A stretch of 64,000 nucleotides of DNA from an uncultured Phycisphaerales bacterium (GCA_963844715.1 CAWJPJ010000001.1:79967-143966); one strand, 5' to 3'. Numbered from the stretch's first letter, positions 1-12,146 are shown. Program-made: numbers and translations. The notes: generated by a model not told the origin, from the sequence alone.

Positions 1-1094
1 CCTGGCCGCCAACAACAAGACTGCCAATCCCGATTTTCTGACGCCCCAATGCCTCGATTACTACCGCCTGCTGTACGAGCTCGCTCCGAGAAGCATGCAC
101 AGCCTCGATTGGAAGTTTATGCCGTCAATTCTGGCGCCGAGGCCGTCGAGAACATGATGAAGTATTTCATCAATCTCCAACGCCAGAAGCTCAAGCGCGC
201 GGGCAAGACCCCGGCGGCAAGCCGGTTCGTTTATTTCGATCAGGCGTTTCACGGGCGAACGATCTTCGCCCTCAACGTCACGCAGCTTTCCGACGATCCG
301 GTCATCACCAAGGATTTTCACGGAATCGTGCGCGGCAATATTGAAGTCCCCTTCCCCTACGTCGATTTCGAAAAGCCCGATCCGGAAAACCAGGCGACCA
401 CCGATCGCACGCTGCAAACCATTGATGGCTTTCTGACGGCATTCGCCGACGAAATCGCCGGCGTGATCGTTGAGCCCCTCCAGGGCGCCGGCGGGCACCG
501 CGTCGCCCTCTCTCGATTTTTCGAGCAGCTAAGCGAGCTATGCCACCGGCACGACTGCTTTCTCGGTTTCGACGAGGTGCAAACCGCCGGCGGACAAACC
601 GGGACGTTCTGGGCCATCGATCAGTTCAATCTTCCGCATCCGCCGCAGGCCGTGGCGTCGGCGAAAAAACTGGGCAACGGCGTCGTCTATATGCTTTATC
701 CGATGGAGGACCACGGCGTTCTCGATAGCACCTGGGGCGGAAATCTGGCGGACATGGTTCGATTTGTGCAGGAAATGAAAATCGTTCGCCGCGAAAACCT
801 TATCGAACAGGTCCCAGAAAAAGCGCACGACTGACCGCAGGGCTATTTGATTTGGCAGCGAAATACCCCGGGATGATCCATAATCCCCGCGGATTGGGCC
901 TCTATCAGGGTTTTAGCCTGCGGGACCCATTAACTGCGACAAATTTTCTTACCCACGCGCTGGAGGACGAGTCTCTTCTACTTTTGGGAGCGGGCGCCCA
1001 TAGCATCCGCGTGCGCCCATCTTTGAGCATAAATGAAACAGAAATTGACCTTCTTTATAAAAAATTGGATCGAATTTTGCAGAAATTGATGTAA
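1..1094 (+). CDS. Class III PLP aminotransferase (L-lysine 6-transaminase-like); 5' end outside window, frameshifted
   Basis: ORFs 49-834 and 852-1094: NSGAEAVEN, AFHGRT, IVEPLQGAGG, FDEVQT, DSTWGG, RGLGL motifs. Confidence 0.8.
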
Positions 1095-1107
1095 AATACC
1101 TCCGGCC

Positions 1108-2037
1108 ATGTTGAAAAAGGGGGCCAGCATCATCACGCCCACGCGTTGTCGGGAGCGATTCCTCCCACACGCATATAAGGGGTTGTGCGCCCAGACATTT
1201 ACCGATTGGGAATGGCTCGTCGATGACGATAGCCCCATCCCCTCTTCGTTCATGACGTCCCTCTCCGACCCGCGCGTGCGTTACCACCATGATCCGACTT
1301 CCCGTAGCGTTGGCAACAAACGCAACGACCTGATCGAGCGGTCCGAAAGCGACACCATTGTCCATTTTGACGACGACGACTATTACGCCCCGAATTACCT
1401 GGCGAGCATGATCTCCACGATGCGCCAGGCCAACGCTGATTTCATCAAACTCTCTTCATACTACTTGTATAGCACCCTGACCGGGACGGTGGCGTACTGG
1501 AATATGCACATCACCAAGGGGCTCCACTTCGCCTGGGACGGCGGAGACGTGCAACCCGTCATCCTCACCAACGAAAACAATCAGGGGTTCATCGAGAATT
1601 ATTTAGGGTATGGCTTTTCGTATGTTTACAAGAGGAGCTTGTGGGGTGCTCAAAGATACCCGGACGAAAGCGGCCCGGAAGATGGCAAGTTTCTCAGGTC
1701 CGTCTATCACGGACGTAACTTGCTTTGCGTCGACGATCAGATGGGGATCTGCATTCACGTTCTACATGGGAAAAACCTCTCGTTCTGCTACCCACAATTT
1801 TTCCTGCCTCAGTTTTTGACCAAGCACCTATTCCCCAATGCGTTCGAATTCCTCGAGGCGGTCACGCATAAAGCGACGGAGCTTCCCGCTCGACCGGCCC
1901 CCGAGGAAGCCGTGGCCGGCGCAAAAAGCCTAAAAGTCTTTGGCGTTTACAGCAGGGACACCGGATCGACATCGACCGCGACCCGATCCGCGCTTTCCAG
2001 CCCCCCCGCCGTTCGAACCGCGTCGAGTAACTTCTGA
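1108..2037 (+). CDS. Family 2 glycosyltransferase
   Basis: SIITPT...QTFTDWEWLVDDDS, KRNDLI, HFDDDDYY; true stop may be earlier because the ORF overlaps the priA 3' end. Confidence 0.85.
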   Translation: MLKKGASIITPTRCRERFLPHAYKGLCAQTFTDWEWLVDDDSPIPSSFMTSLSDPRVRYHHDPTSRSVGNKRNDLIERSESDTIVHFDDDDYYAPNYLASMISTMRQANADFIKLSSYYLYSTLTGTVAYWNMHITKGLHFAWDGGDVQPVILTNENNQGFIENYLGYGFSYVYKRSLWGAQRYPDESGPEDGKFLRSVYHGRNLLCVDDQMGICIHVLHGKNLSFCYPQFFLPQFLTKHLFPNAFEFLEAVTHKATELPARPAPEEAVAGAKSLKVFGVYSRDTGSTSTATRSALSSPPAVRTASSNF

Positions 2038-4309
2038 ATAGGCTCGGCCGTCGGGCTGCTGAGCACGATTTGCTGGCGGTGATACCCGGCGATGCGCACA
2101 ATCGCGCACGGCATGGGGCCGCGGATTCGCACGGGGGATTTCAGGCTTTCCGCCGCCGCGCCGATTCGCCGCGCCGTTTCCGCCGCCAATTCCAGGATCG
2201 CCTCCTGATCCTGATGCCGCAGGATGATCCGCGCCATCCGCGCAAACGGCGGCAACCCGACCTCGCGGCGGCCGACCATCTCATTGGTTGCGAAGCTCGC
2301 AAAATCCTGGCTCAGCGCCGCCCGAATCGTCGGATCCTCCGGCAGAAATGTCTGCACGGCAACGCGGCCCGGGGCATCGCCGCGCCCGGCCCGGCCGGCG
2401 ACCTGCGTGATGAGCTGAAACGTCCTTTCCGCCGATCGAAAATCCGGCAGCGCCAGCGCCGTGTCCGCGCTGATCACCCCCACCAGCGTCACATTCGGAT
2501 AATCCAGCCCCTTGGCGATCATCTGCGTGCCGAGCATCACCTGAATCTCGCCGCGCGCGAATCGGGCCAGAACCGCCTCGTAATCGCCCGCCTGCCGCAT
2601 CGTATCGCTGTCCACGCGGGCGAGTTTTATGTCGGGGAATTTCCGCACCAGTTCCTCCTCCACCCGCTGCGTTCCCAGCCCGTACAAACTGAGCTGTTTC
2701 CCGCAAACCGGACACGCCGTCGGCAAAGGATTCACCGCCAGGCAATAATGGCAATGCAACTGCCCGGTATGCACACCCTCGCTGGTTTTGCCGCTGTGCG
2801 CGCTGCGCCTCGGCCGACCGATGGTACGTCATCGTCGCGTCGCAGTATTTGCACTGAACCACGTTCCCGCACGACCGGCAATAAATGTAATTCGCGTATC
2901 CGCGCCGATTGAGAAGGATGATCGCCTGGCGTTTCGCGTCGATCGTCGCGCGCAACAGATGCTCCAGGCGGCGCGAGATCAGATGAATTCCCTTCCGAAG
3001 CCGCTGCTCCTGGCGCATGTCCACAAGTTCCACCGTCGGCATCGCCAGCCCGCGCACCCGCCGCGGCAGGTTCAGATAGTGATATCGCCCCGTCTTGAGC
3101 GCGTCGGATTCGTCCTTGCAGCGGCGATACATTTCCAATGAAGGCGTCGCGCTGCCGAGAATAACCGGCACGCCCTCGATCTGCGCACCGTTTGACGGCG
3201 ACGTCGCGCCCGTTGTAGCGCGGGGCCTGATCCTGCTTGTAACTGGCGTCGTGCTCCTCATCGACAACGATAATTCCCAGCTTCGGCAGCGGCGCAAACA
3301 CCGCCGACCGGGCCCCCACCACCACATCCGCCTGGCCGGTCATGATCTGCTGCCAAAATCGATGCCGCTGGGTCGCGGTTAAGCCGCTGTGCAGCACGGC
3401 GACGCGCTCGAACCGCGCCATAAACCGCCGCACCGTCTGCGGCGTCAGGGCGATCTCCGGGACCAGAACCAGCGCCTGTTTCCCGGCCTCCACGCATCGC
3501 GCGATGCACTGAAGATAAATCTCCGTCTTTCCGCTCCCCGTTACCCCGTGGAGAAGATTCACGCTGAATCCTCCCCCTAGAATTCGCGGCTCAAGCTCGG
3601 CGAAGATTTTCCGCTGATCTTCGTTCAATTCGATTTGCTTTTCGTCTGCCTCTCCGCGCGGCAGTTCCCGCACCAGCTCGGGCAAATCCGGCTCAGCGCG
3701 GATCGAGATCAACCCCAGCCCCGCCAATTTTCGAACCGTCCCCGGCGACACGCCCGCCTCCCCCGCGAGTCGAATCAGTTCAACCCCGGCATCCTGTTCC
3801 AGTTGCAGCAACCGCGCCAGGATCGCCCGCCGCTTGCGCGCCTTCGTCTTCTCCAGAAATCCCTGGATTGACGCCCGATCCTGGTTCAGGCGGACGATCT
3901 GGTTGTATCCCAACCCCGTGCGGCGTTTTACCGCCGAGGGAATGACGCTATCCAAAACGATGCCCAGCGGGGTCGCGTAATAGCGGGCCATCCAGCGGGC
4001 CAGTTCCAGCAGCCGGGCGTTAACGAGCACGCGATCGTCCTCGATCGCCGCGATATTTTTGATTCTCGGATAATCCGTCTTGGCGTGAATCGAAACAACG
4101 TACCCGTGCGCCGGCCGATTCGATTTCCCCAGCGGCACCTTCACGCGCTGCCCGATCTGCAATCGCGTCGCCAGCCGCGGCGGAATCGAATAATCCAAAA
4201 CGCGGTCGATCCCCTGCTCCAAAGCCACCCCCGCCAACGGACCCGCGGAATCCGCGGCTTCGACCGATTCTTCATGACCGAAAAGGGTATTGGCGTTGCT
4301 CACTGTCAT
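1947..4309 (-). CDS. priA: Primosomal protein N' (replication restart helicase), split by two apparent frameshifts
   Basis: LLHGVTGSGKTE, DEEHDASYKQ, LNRRGY plus CxxC zinc motifs, GTQMIAKGLD, QVAGRAGR, DVDPVSLL C-terminus. Confidence 0.95.
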
Positions 4310-4409
4310 CAGTTTAGTGCGTCCCACCCACGGCGACCAATGAAAGTTTAGGGGCGAATGCCGCCTGACTTCCGCGCACCCCTCTCGCCGGTTAAACTCC
4401 CATCCCAAC

Positions 4410-5320
4410 ATGACCGACTCGCCCGCTTTATCTCACATCGACGAAGGAATCTTCGGCTCCGGCACATTCGGCCGCCCGCGCGGAGCGGCGGCGCAGGCGG
4501 TGGTCGTCATCGCCATGCTTGTCGCCTGGGTGATCTTCGGATTTGCCGCGCGTTGGCTCGGCGTGCCGGAATTGCCCCATTTTGACGGCAGCCTGTTCCT
4601 CGGCACATCCCCCGTCTCGTCCCTGTTGATCGTGGCGGTTTTGCTCATCGTGTGCACTCTGGTTTGCACGATCATCGCCGGCTGCGTCCGATTCGAGGCC
4701 GGTCTGTTCGCCGCCTGTTTCGGAATGATCGCCATCTCGCTTCGCGGCGGGACGACTCAATCCGTGCTCTTCGAATCCGGCTGCGATCCCCATGTTTATT
4801 CAATCCTGGCGGCGGAGATGTTCGTCCTGGCCGCGGTGGTCGGTTTGGCTTGGGTGATGCTTTGGTTCATGGGCCGCGCCGGAATGATCCGGCCGATTCC
4901 AGATCACGTCCCCCCCGAACCGATCCCGAGCGAAGGGGCCCTTGCCGGAACCAGCGCGCTGGTCGCGCAGGCCGTCGCAACCACCATATTGATGATGCTC
5001 TTTTGCCAGTCGCAGGCCAAATTTCAGACGCTGGCATCCGTGTTTATCTCCTCCGCATTCGGCGCAATGATCGCCTATGGCGTGTTTCCCGCGCGCCCAA
5101 GCACGTGGTACTGGGTCGGCGCCCTTCTCGTGGGATTCGTGGGATATTTGCTCGCCGCCTCGGGTCAGGATGCCGGCCTTGCCATCGGCGTCCCGCAGGG
5201 ATATTTCGCCCCGCTGGCGCGTCCGCTCCCCCTGGATTACGCCAGCATGGGCACGGCCGGTGCGATCTTCGGGTATTGGACGATTCGCAATCGGCGCATT
5301 TCTGCGCTTCTTCCCCTCAC
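4410..5320 (+). CDS. Multi-pass membrane protein of unknown function (3' end uncertain)
   Basis: About 8-9 hydrophobic segments in the first ~295 aa of ORF 4410-5825; the remainder is antisense to the GT41 gene. Confidence 0.65.
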
Positions 5321-7488
5321 ACCACTTCTTCCAGATCCGCCGGTACGCCTCTTCCATTTTCCGCGCAAACCCCGGGCCATCCATGAGCGGCGACTTTTCC
5401 AGCCGCCCTCGCAAAGACTGCCTCAATCGATCCAGCGCCGGCAAGTCGCTCGCCAGCCTCGCCACGATGCGCGCAAAATCCTCCTCGTCCTTCGCGACCA
5501 GATCCGGCAGATTCAGATTCTTCGCATGCGTCAGCCCCACCCGCCCCGGCGGAGTTTGCCCGGGCAGCGTGATCACCGGCACCCCCATCCACAGCGCGTC
5601 CAGGCTGGTCGTGTGGCCGTTGTACGGAAGCGTGTCCAGGCAGATATCGATCCGGTTGTAATTCTCCAGATATTCCAGCCGCTGAACGTGTTCCAAAAAC
5701 CCGATTCGATCGGACTCGATCCCCAATCCCCGCATCTTCTCCAGAAATCTCGGCCGGGCCGACCCCTTCGGAGCCAGCACGAGCAAACGCGACCCGGCGA
5801 CCGCCTTGAGCGCCGACGCCCATAGGGAAAGCGTCGCGTCGCTGGTTTTGCAGAAATTGTTCAGCGAGCCGAAGGTGACATGCCCCGCCGACAGCGCCGG
5901 CAGCGCATTCACGCCCGGGTCGATCCCCAGCGAGTCGTAAACCCAGAAACAATCGGCGATATAAATCGGCTCTTCCGCAAAGGGATAGACGCCGCCGCCG
6001 GGCTCCAGATTTTCGTCGGTGACGCGATAGTCCATCGTCTCCAGCCCGCTCGATCCCGGATATCCCAGCCAACTGACCTGCACCGGCGCCGGCTTTCGCG
6101 CCAGCACCATCAGCCGATTTTCCGAGCAATGCAATTTCGCGTCGATCAGCACGTCGATCTTGTCCCGTCGGATCATCTCGGCGACATCCTTGTCCGATTT
6201 CCCGATCGTCACGCCGCCACTCATCGGCATAGCCGCGGAACTTCTCGGTCATCCAATCGCCGTTATCCATTTGGGAGTAAAGGAAGACCTCAACATTGTT
6301 GTGATCATGGTTTTTCAAGAGCGGATCGAGAAAGAACGCGCAGGCGTGATACCGGTAATCGGCCGACACGTACCCAATGCGCAGCCGCCGATCGGGATCG
6401 GGGTCGTTCCCGTGCGGACGGATTTCCCCGCGCAGCGGAACCGCGCGGCGCTCGTTCCACTTTTTCAGTTCCTCGACGATCGCCGGCAAGTCGTAATCCG
6501 CCGAGTAATGGACCGCCAGAATGAGATTGCTGTCGCTGTCAGGCATATCAGCACGCAGCGAGACGGCGCGGCGGAAACTGTCAATCGCTTCCGAAACTCG
6601 CCCCATGTCCTTCAGAGCGTTCCCCATGTTGTTGTAACTCTCCGCGTGGTCCGGATTGGCGGCGATCGACTTCATATAAGCGTCAATCGCCCCGTCCAAG
6701 TCGCCCGCCGCGCGCAGCGCCACGCCCAGGTTGTAATACCCGTCGCGAAGTTTGGGATCGAGTTCGACTCCCCGGCGGCATTCCGCAACCGCCTCGGCGC
6801 TCCGTCCCTGAAGACGCAGAGTCTCCCCAAGATTGACGTGCGCATGCGCGGCCCCGGGAGAGACGGCGACCATCTTGCGGTAGACCTCCTCCGCCTCCTC
6901 AGTCCGCCGCAGATGCAGCAGACTCACGCCCAGATTATTCAACGCCATCAGATGATCGGGCACCAGCGCCAAAACCTGGCGGTACGCCTCGATGGATTCC
7001 TCCAATTGCTCGTTGCCCTGATACGCAACGCCCAGGTTGTACGTCAGGTCGAGCGTCATCCGTCCGTGGCGAAGCGCTTTTTTGCACACTTCGATGGCCT
7101 CGACCGCCCTTCCCACCGGGACGAGAATGCTGCTGAGATTCAGCGACGCCTCGGCAAAATCCTCGCGCTGCGAAAGCGCCCGCTGGAACGCGCGGATCGC
7201 CTCATCGATCTTCCCCAGCCGGGTGAAGACCGCGCCGAGGTTGAACGCGTAATCGGATCGCGATGGATTGACGCTGATGGCCCGCTGAATCAACTCCGGT
7301 GACAATTCCCCTTTTCCCAATTCAAAAAGCACCAGACCCAGCAGATGCAGAGCATCTCCGTCGTTGGGTGATTGTGCCAGCACCCGGCGATAAATCTTCT
7401 CCGCCTCGGAAAATTTGCCCGAGTGCCGGCAGATTTTCGCGGCTTCCATCAGTTCCGGGATCGATTTGTTCTGCAGCAGCTTTTCCAC
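5317..7488 (-). CDS. TPR-repeat O-GlcNAc transferase/SPINDLY family (GT41) protein; frameshift near 6200, both ends approximate
   Basis: Multiple TPRs, RLRIGYVSADYRYH, PAPVQVSWLGYPG, TFGSLNN, LDTLPYNGHTTSLDALWMGVPV. Confidence 0.9.
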   Translation of the reverse strand: MEKLLQNKSIPELMEAAKICRHSGKFSEAEKIYRRVLAQSPNDGDALHLLGLVLFELGKGELSPELIQRAISVNPSRSDYAFNLGAVFTRLGKIDEAIRAFQRALSQREDFAEASLNLSSILVPVGRAVEAIEVCKKALRHGRMTLDLTYNLGVAYQGNEQLEESIEAYRQVLALVPDHLMALNNLGVSLLHLRRTEEAEEVYRKMVAVSPGAAHAHVNLGETLRLQGRSAEAVAECRRGVELDPKLRDGYYNLGVALRAAGDLDGAIDAYMKSIAANPDHAESYNNMGNALKDMGRVSEAIDSFRRAVSLRADMPDSDSNLILAVHYSADYDLPAIVEELKKWNERRAVPLRGEIRPHGNDPDPDRRLRIGYVSADYRYHACAFFLDPLLKNHDHNNVEVFLYSQMDNGDWMTEKFRGYADEWRRDDREIGQGCRRDDPTGQDRRADRREIALLGKSADGAGAKAGAGAGQLAGISGIERAGDDGLSRHRRKSGARRRRLSLCGRADLYRRLFLGLRLAGDRPGRECAAGAVGGACHLRLAEQFLQNQRRDAFPMGVGAQGGRRVAFARAGSEGVGPAEISGEDAGIGDRVRSNRVFGTRSAAGISGELQPDRYLPGHASVQRPHDQPGRAVDGGAGDHAARANSAGAGGADACEESESAGSGREGRGGFCAHRGEAGERLAGAGSIEAVFARAAGKVAAHGWPGVCAENGRGVPADLEEVV

Positions 7489-7614
7489 GCTGATTCTCGA
7501 AAATGCCCACGACGCCGGCGCGTAGCCGGTTGATGCCTTTTGGGGGATCTCCTCGCAAAGAGCGGCAGAACCGCAAGCCGCCCTTTTGTTGCCGCAGGTA
7601 TCCCCCTGCGTCAT

Positions 7615-9590
7615 TTATTTTGGCGAAACTTGCTTCGCCTGCTGATTTTCCTTCAGCGCCTCCGCAAGGTTGCGCCGCGCCAGATCAAAATTCGGGTCAG
7701 CCGTCAATGCCGCTTCAAATTCGCCAATCGCCTCGGGCCAATTCTTCTGCCGCGCGTAGACATCGCCCAGATTGTTCATGGCGCGGGCGTCGCCCGGGCG
7801 CCTTTGCAAGACGGATTGGTATTCCCGCGACGCCTGCTCGAAATTCCCCTGGGCGAGATATGCATTGCCCAGACCCGTGTGAGCGGGAACGGAATCCGGA
7901 TCAATCTTCAATGCCGCCCGATATTCGGCGATCGCCCCATCCGTGTCACCTTGCTCCAACATTATGACAGCAAGATTGTCGCGTGCCATCTCAAAATCAG
8001 GGCGAATTTTGATCGCCTCGCTGTACGCCTCCTCGGCCAGCCGCCGGTTCTCATCCCCGGTCACTGAGCCGTATACCCACCCCAACCTGTAAAATGGTTC
8101 GCTCCGCATGTTATTAATGACGGATTCTTGCGATTCCGGCGAGTCCTGAATCGCCCGTTTAAGCCAAGCGATGGCCCCGGCATCATCCCCCAGCGCGGCC
8201 CGGCAGACGCCTATCCGCGTCTCCAGCAATCCATCCCCCGGACGCAGCCCCAGGGCTTTGCGGAATTGGACCTCCGCCCCATTCCAATCCCCCGCGTCGG
8301 CAAGAGTCTGCCCATAGTTGGCCACGACGATCCACGAGTCAGGATTCTTTTTCAGCGTGTCCGCCCAAAGAGTCGCCCGATCGGAAAAAACTTCGCATCG
8401 AGCCGCCGACAAGCCGCAACAGACTGCTGCGATAGCCAACACGACAGGCACGCCGATTGCGCGGAAAATTTCCACAGCCCCGCGCAAAACAGGGCGATCG
8501 GCCCGATGCACGCCAAATACTGAAAATGATCCGCGACGAACGAATACCGCATCGGAAAAACATTCGCAAAACCCAGCGCCGGCGAAAGCGTGCCGACGAA
8601 AAACAGCGCACACGCAATCGGCCCGCGCCCCCGCCGCTTTCGTCGCAGCCAGAGAAAAATCAATACTCCGATTGCCGTTAGCGGATAAAGGAGCTGAGCC
8701 GGGCGATGTGCCGGATCGACGTTCCACCGTGGATAGATGAAGCTGAGATGGAATGGCCAGACCAGTTTTCCAAAGTAAAACCAAACCGCGTGACCGGCGA
8801 TCACGACTCTCTGAAGCCACGTGAACTGAAAATCCGGCCCGACCGCGCCAACGACGTGCCTTTCCATCCAACTGGTAATCGACCCCATCACCGCGCCGGC
8901 CAGAAACATGGGAAGAAGCGGCGGCACATCGCTCCACTTCAATTTTCCGCGACGCCACCAGATGACCAGAAGAATCGCGGCGGGCAGAGTGCAGACAACC
9001 GATTTGGCCAAAATTGCCGCCAGAAAAAGGATCAGGCTCACTACGTACCAGCCGAGGTGGAAACCCCCTCCCCTGCCCTCCCCCGGAGTACCGAGGGAGG
9101 GAGTAATTGCTCGAAAATACGTCAACGCCGAAAGAAAATAGAGCAGGCCCGACAGCACATTCTTTCGCTCCGTCGCCCAGGCGACGCTTTCCACTTGCAA
9201 CGGTTGAACGCAAAACAGAAGCGCCGCACCCCACGCTCCGGGGATTTCCAATCGCAACAGCAACCGCCAAAGCGCGATCGCCCCCAGCGTGTGGAGGATC
9301 ACGTTATCGACGTGGTACGGCAGCGGATTGGCGCCGAAGAAATGGTACTCAATCCAGAATGACGTGTGCGTCAGCGGATACCACTGCGGCTCGGAATCGA
9401 GTTTCGACCAGATTCGCCCCAAGCCTGCCGGGGTCAGAAGCTGCACGTTCCCGTGAATGTAATAGTCGTCGTCCCAGACAAAACCATTCCGCAGGACCGG
9501 AAAATAGGCGAACACCGAAGCCAGGATCAGAGTTACGGCGGGAAGGAGTACGCGCGGCGGGGGCGTCGTCGGAAATGTGCAGCCAAGCCA
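7615..9590 (-). CDS. TMTC-like membrane (GT-C fold) glycosyltransferase with C-terminal TPRs; frameshift near 8450, start approximate
   Basis: NGFVWDD, YPLTHTS, YHVDNVILH, PLQVESVAW, VADHFQYL, LWADTLKKNP then TPRs. Confidence 0.8.
9063..9107 (-). repeat. REP-like palindromic element inside the TMTC-like CDS
   Basis: Hairpin CCCTCCCCCGG-AGTA-CCGAGGGAGGG (9076-9101); its reverse complement resembles the intergenic repeat at 17163-17210. Confidence 0.7.
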
Positions 9591-9597
9591 CGTGCTT

Positions 9598-10769
9598 TTA
9601 TTCGGCGATGATGTCAATGGGCGTGGTCGCCTCCGCTACGCGGCTCGATTGCGGATCGGTTATCGTCACCTTCAGAAGATATCTTCCGATCGTCAGCGCT
9701 TCCGGCAAGTGTACCTTCGCGCGATGAAGAAATCATGCCGCCGGGCGTGCGCCACGTCCACGAATAATTCCGCGTTCGATTTTTCCGGCCAAACCGCCAT
9801 CCCGCTTTCCGTGTACAGCGTCATCTCCTGCTTCAGCCGGGTTTCCCACATCTTGTCGTTGTTCTGCGTCGATGAAAAATTCGCCACTTCGCTGTAGACG
9901 ATCACCTCGTTATCCGCCCCGGCTGGGAACCGGCACGACGGAACTTCCTTATACACCGCGAAACTATCCACCCGCGTGCATAGCGCGATCACCGGGATCG
10001 CCAGCTCCGCCTGCTGATGCAACCGATCCACCATATCCACCAGCGGCTGGATCTTGCTCCCCAGCATCTGGTCCCCATCCGCCCGAACCGTGTTGCGGAA
10101 ATTGTTGATCCCATCCAGAAGCGCCGAAAGAATCTCCTTATCCTCCGACGTCAAACCCGAAATCGTCGACAAATCCGGCGTCGGCTCATCGCGCACGAAC
10201 CGGAGCAGTTCGTAATCGATCTGATTCCCGAGATCGCGGGGATAGTCGATCACATTCTGATACAGCTTCTTCTCATAGTCGTCGGTCGGCACATTCACCC
10301 CGCTTGCCGTCGTCGAATCGGTGATATGGTCCGCGCTCTCCGGCAGAATCTGCGGAACGTCATCATCCATCTTCGCCGCCGCCAGACTAGCCGGGCGGTT
10401 CGGCTGATTGTCCGGAGTCACGACCGGCTGAGTCGCCGGTGCCACCGCGACGACTGCCGCCGGCTCCATCGGATGCGGATGGTTCGGCTCCCCCCACTGC
10501 ACAATCGAAGGCTGCGTCGCCGGCAGCGTCCCCCCCGTATCCTGCTGCTCCAACAGCGGCGACATGTCCCGCGCATACTGCCGAGTCTTCCGAGCCAGCA
10601 CCCCCGCCTCGTCCACAAACTGCGCCTGCGGAACCGCATCCGGCGCCGCGACCGGGGCGACAATCGGCTGCACCGGCGCCCTAGCCGCGGTCGAACCGCT
10701 TCCATGACAACCCAGGGCACTCAATGTTCCAGCAAGAATTAAAGAAGGAAAGATCCGGGATATGCGCAT
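9598..10769 (-). CDS. Hypothetical lipoprotein (frameshift near 3' end)
   Basis: Signal peptide with lipobox LSALGC, Pro/Ala-rich linker, beta-rich C-terminus that continues in another frame to a TAA at 9598. Confidence 0.7.
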
Positions 10770-10853
10770 AAGCCATCCTTGGCTAACGCAATGCAGTATA
10801 TCACCCCATTTCAGGTTTGGAAGTGACGCGAGTCTGATAGAATTTCATTTCCT

Positions 10854-11900
10854 ATGAGGCATTTGCCGCTGGTTATTTGCCTTTTATGCCTGTCATGTCA
10901 GTCAGCCAGACCTTCCCCCGCCCCTGTTGCCGCTAGTGCGCCGCCTACCGCCGAGCCGGTCGCGCGAACGCTCGTCGATCCGGACGAAGTCAAGTACCTT
11001 TGGTTGCAGTACTCGGTCAAGGAGGGAGATCGACACCGCGGCGAACAGTTCGCCCGGTTGGCCGGCGCTATCGGAGCAATGAGAATGAATATTCCTCCCA
11101 CGCCCGTTTCCGAGCCCGAAGCCCTCTCCCTACTTGGACTGCCCGATTATGGCGCCAACGACGGAACCGAGACTACCTATGTTTACGACTATTCAGAGGG
11201 AGGGAAAATCAATGATTCTTCTGCTGTTCTCGGTTTTGATCACGGCTTTTTAACCGGTTTCGGCTGGGGCGGCACCAATATCAACGATTACCGCCACTAT
11301 ACAAAATTCCACGATTGGAGCGATGTCAACAACATGTGGCGCATGGCATTGCTCCGCATTGGGAAATTCGATTTGCAAGACGTCAACGCTATCGCACCCC
11401 CTCTTTCCGACAATAGCCCTATGTGCCAACCCTATTGCGTCGCTCGTCTCGTCGAGCTATCGGATCGTTTACGGTTTTACTGGGGTGACTACAATGAAAA
11501 CGAAGCCAATCGAGCGCGCGGCGACCGCTTCGCGGATTTGGCAATGACGCTGGCCGATTTTCGGATTTCACATCCATCGATTCCAGTCACGGAAATGGAG
11601 GTCCTGTCTTTCCTGGGGCTTCCCGACTGCGGCATGGCCTATGGCAGGCAAACCTTCTATCGCTATTCCTATTGGAGCTCCGCCTCAAACTCGCGCTGGG
11701 AATTCGTCGCAATCCTAAACGACGGGCAGCTGGCTGAAATGGGTGTCAACAAAGCCGGTGTAAATAACTACAGCGACTTTACAGTCTTCCAAACCTGGGA
11801 CGACATCTATCACTTCTGGCGAAGTTCCCTCCCCCAGTTGAACGGCCCCGAAGTCGGCGTTTTGCCATGGTGTCCCCACTGGCAACCGCAGAACCCCTAA
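10854..11900 (+). CDS. Hypothetical lipoprotein with two internally repeated domains
   Basis: LLCLSC lipobox; two ~115-aa similar halves, each containing E-x-LSxLGLPD. Confidence 0.7.
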   Translation: MRHLPLVICLLCLSCQSARPSPAPVAASAPPTAEPVARTLVDPDEVKYLWLQYSVKEGDRHRGEQFARLAGAIGAMRMNIPPTPVSEPEALSLLGLPDYGANDGTETTYVYDYSEGGKINDSSAVLGFDHGFLTGFGWGGTNINDYRHYTKFHDWSDVNNMWRMALLRIGKFDLQDVNAIAPPLSDNSPMCQPYCVARLVELSDRLRFYWGDYNENEANRARGDRFADLAMTLADFRISHPSIPVTEMEVLSFLGLPDCGMAYGRQTFYRYSYWSSASNSRWEFVAILNDGQLAEMGVNKAGVNNYSDFTVFQTWDDIYHFWRSSLPQLNGPEVGVLPWCPHWQPQNP

Positions 11901-11924
11901 CAAGCCCTTCCGACCCCCTCCACC

Positions 11925-11952
11925 TTGACAACTTTCCCCCCTCCCGTACGAT
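11925..11952 (+). promoter_or_regulatory. Sigma70-type promoter upstream of tRNA-Gln/glmU
   Basis: TTGACA (11925-11930), 16-nt spacer, TACGAT (11947-11952). Confidence 0.6.
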
Positions 11953-12146
11953 GCCAACCCTTCTCCCCCACACTCTATAGGGGGCGATTGTCGAGAGGTC
12001 CGGCGCGTGGCCGGATGGGTAGACGAGACGCGACGGATTTCGCGGTATTCACCGACGCGTGCCCCGGGAGAAGTTATTCGGGCGGTCTTTTTCGCCCGTT
12101 CCGCGAAATACGCTCACTCCCAGCGCCTTTCGCTTTTTGCAGTCTT

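Noticed and set aside
4800..5825. Apparent ~1-kb antisense overlap of the membrane-protein and GT41 ORFs
   Set aside because: The extensions are simply the antisense of the other gene; lost stops near 5300 are probably sequence errors.
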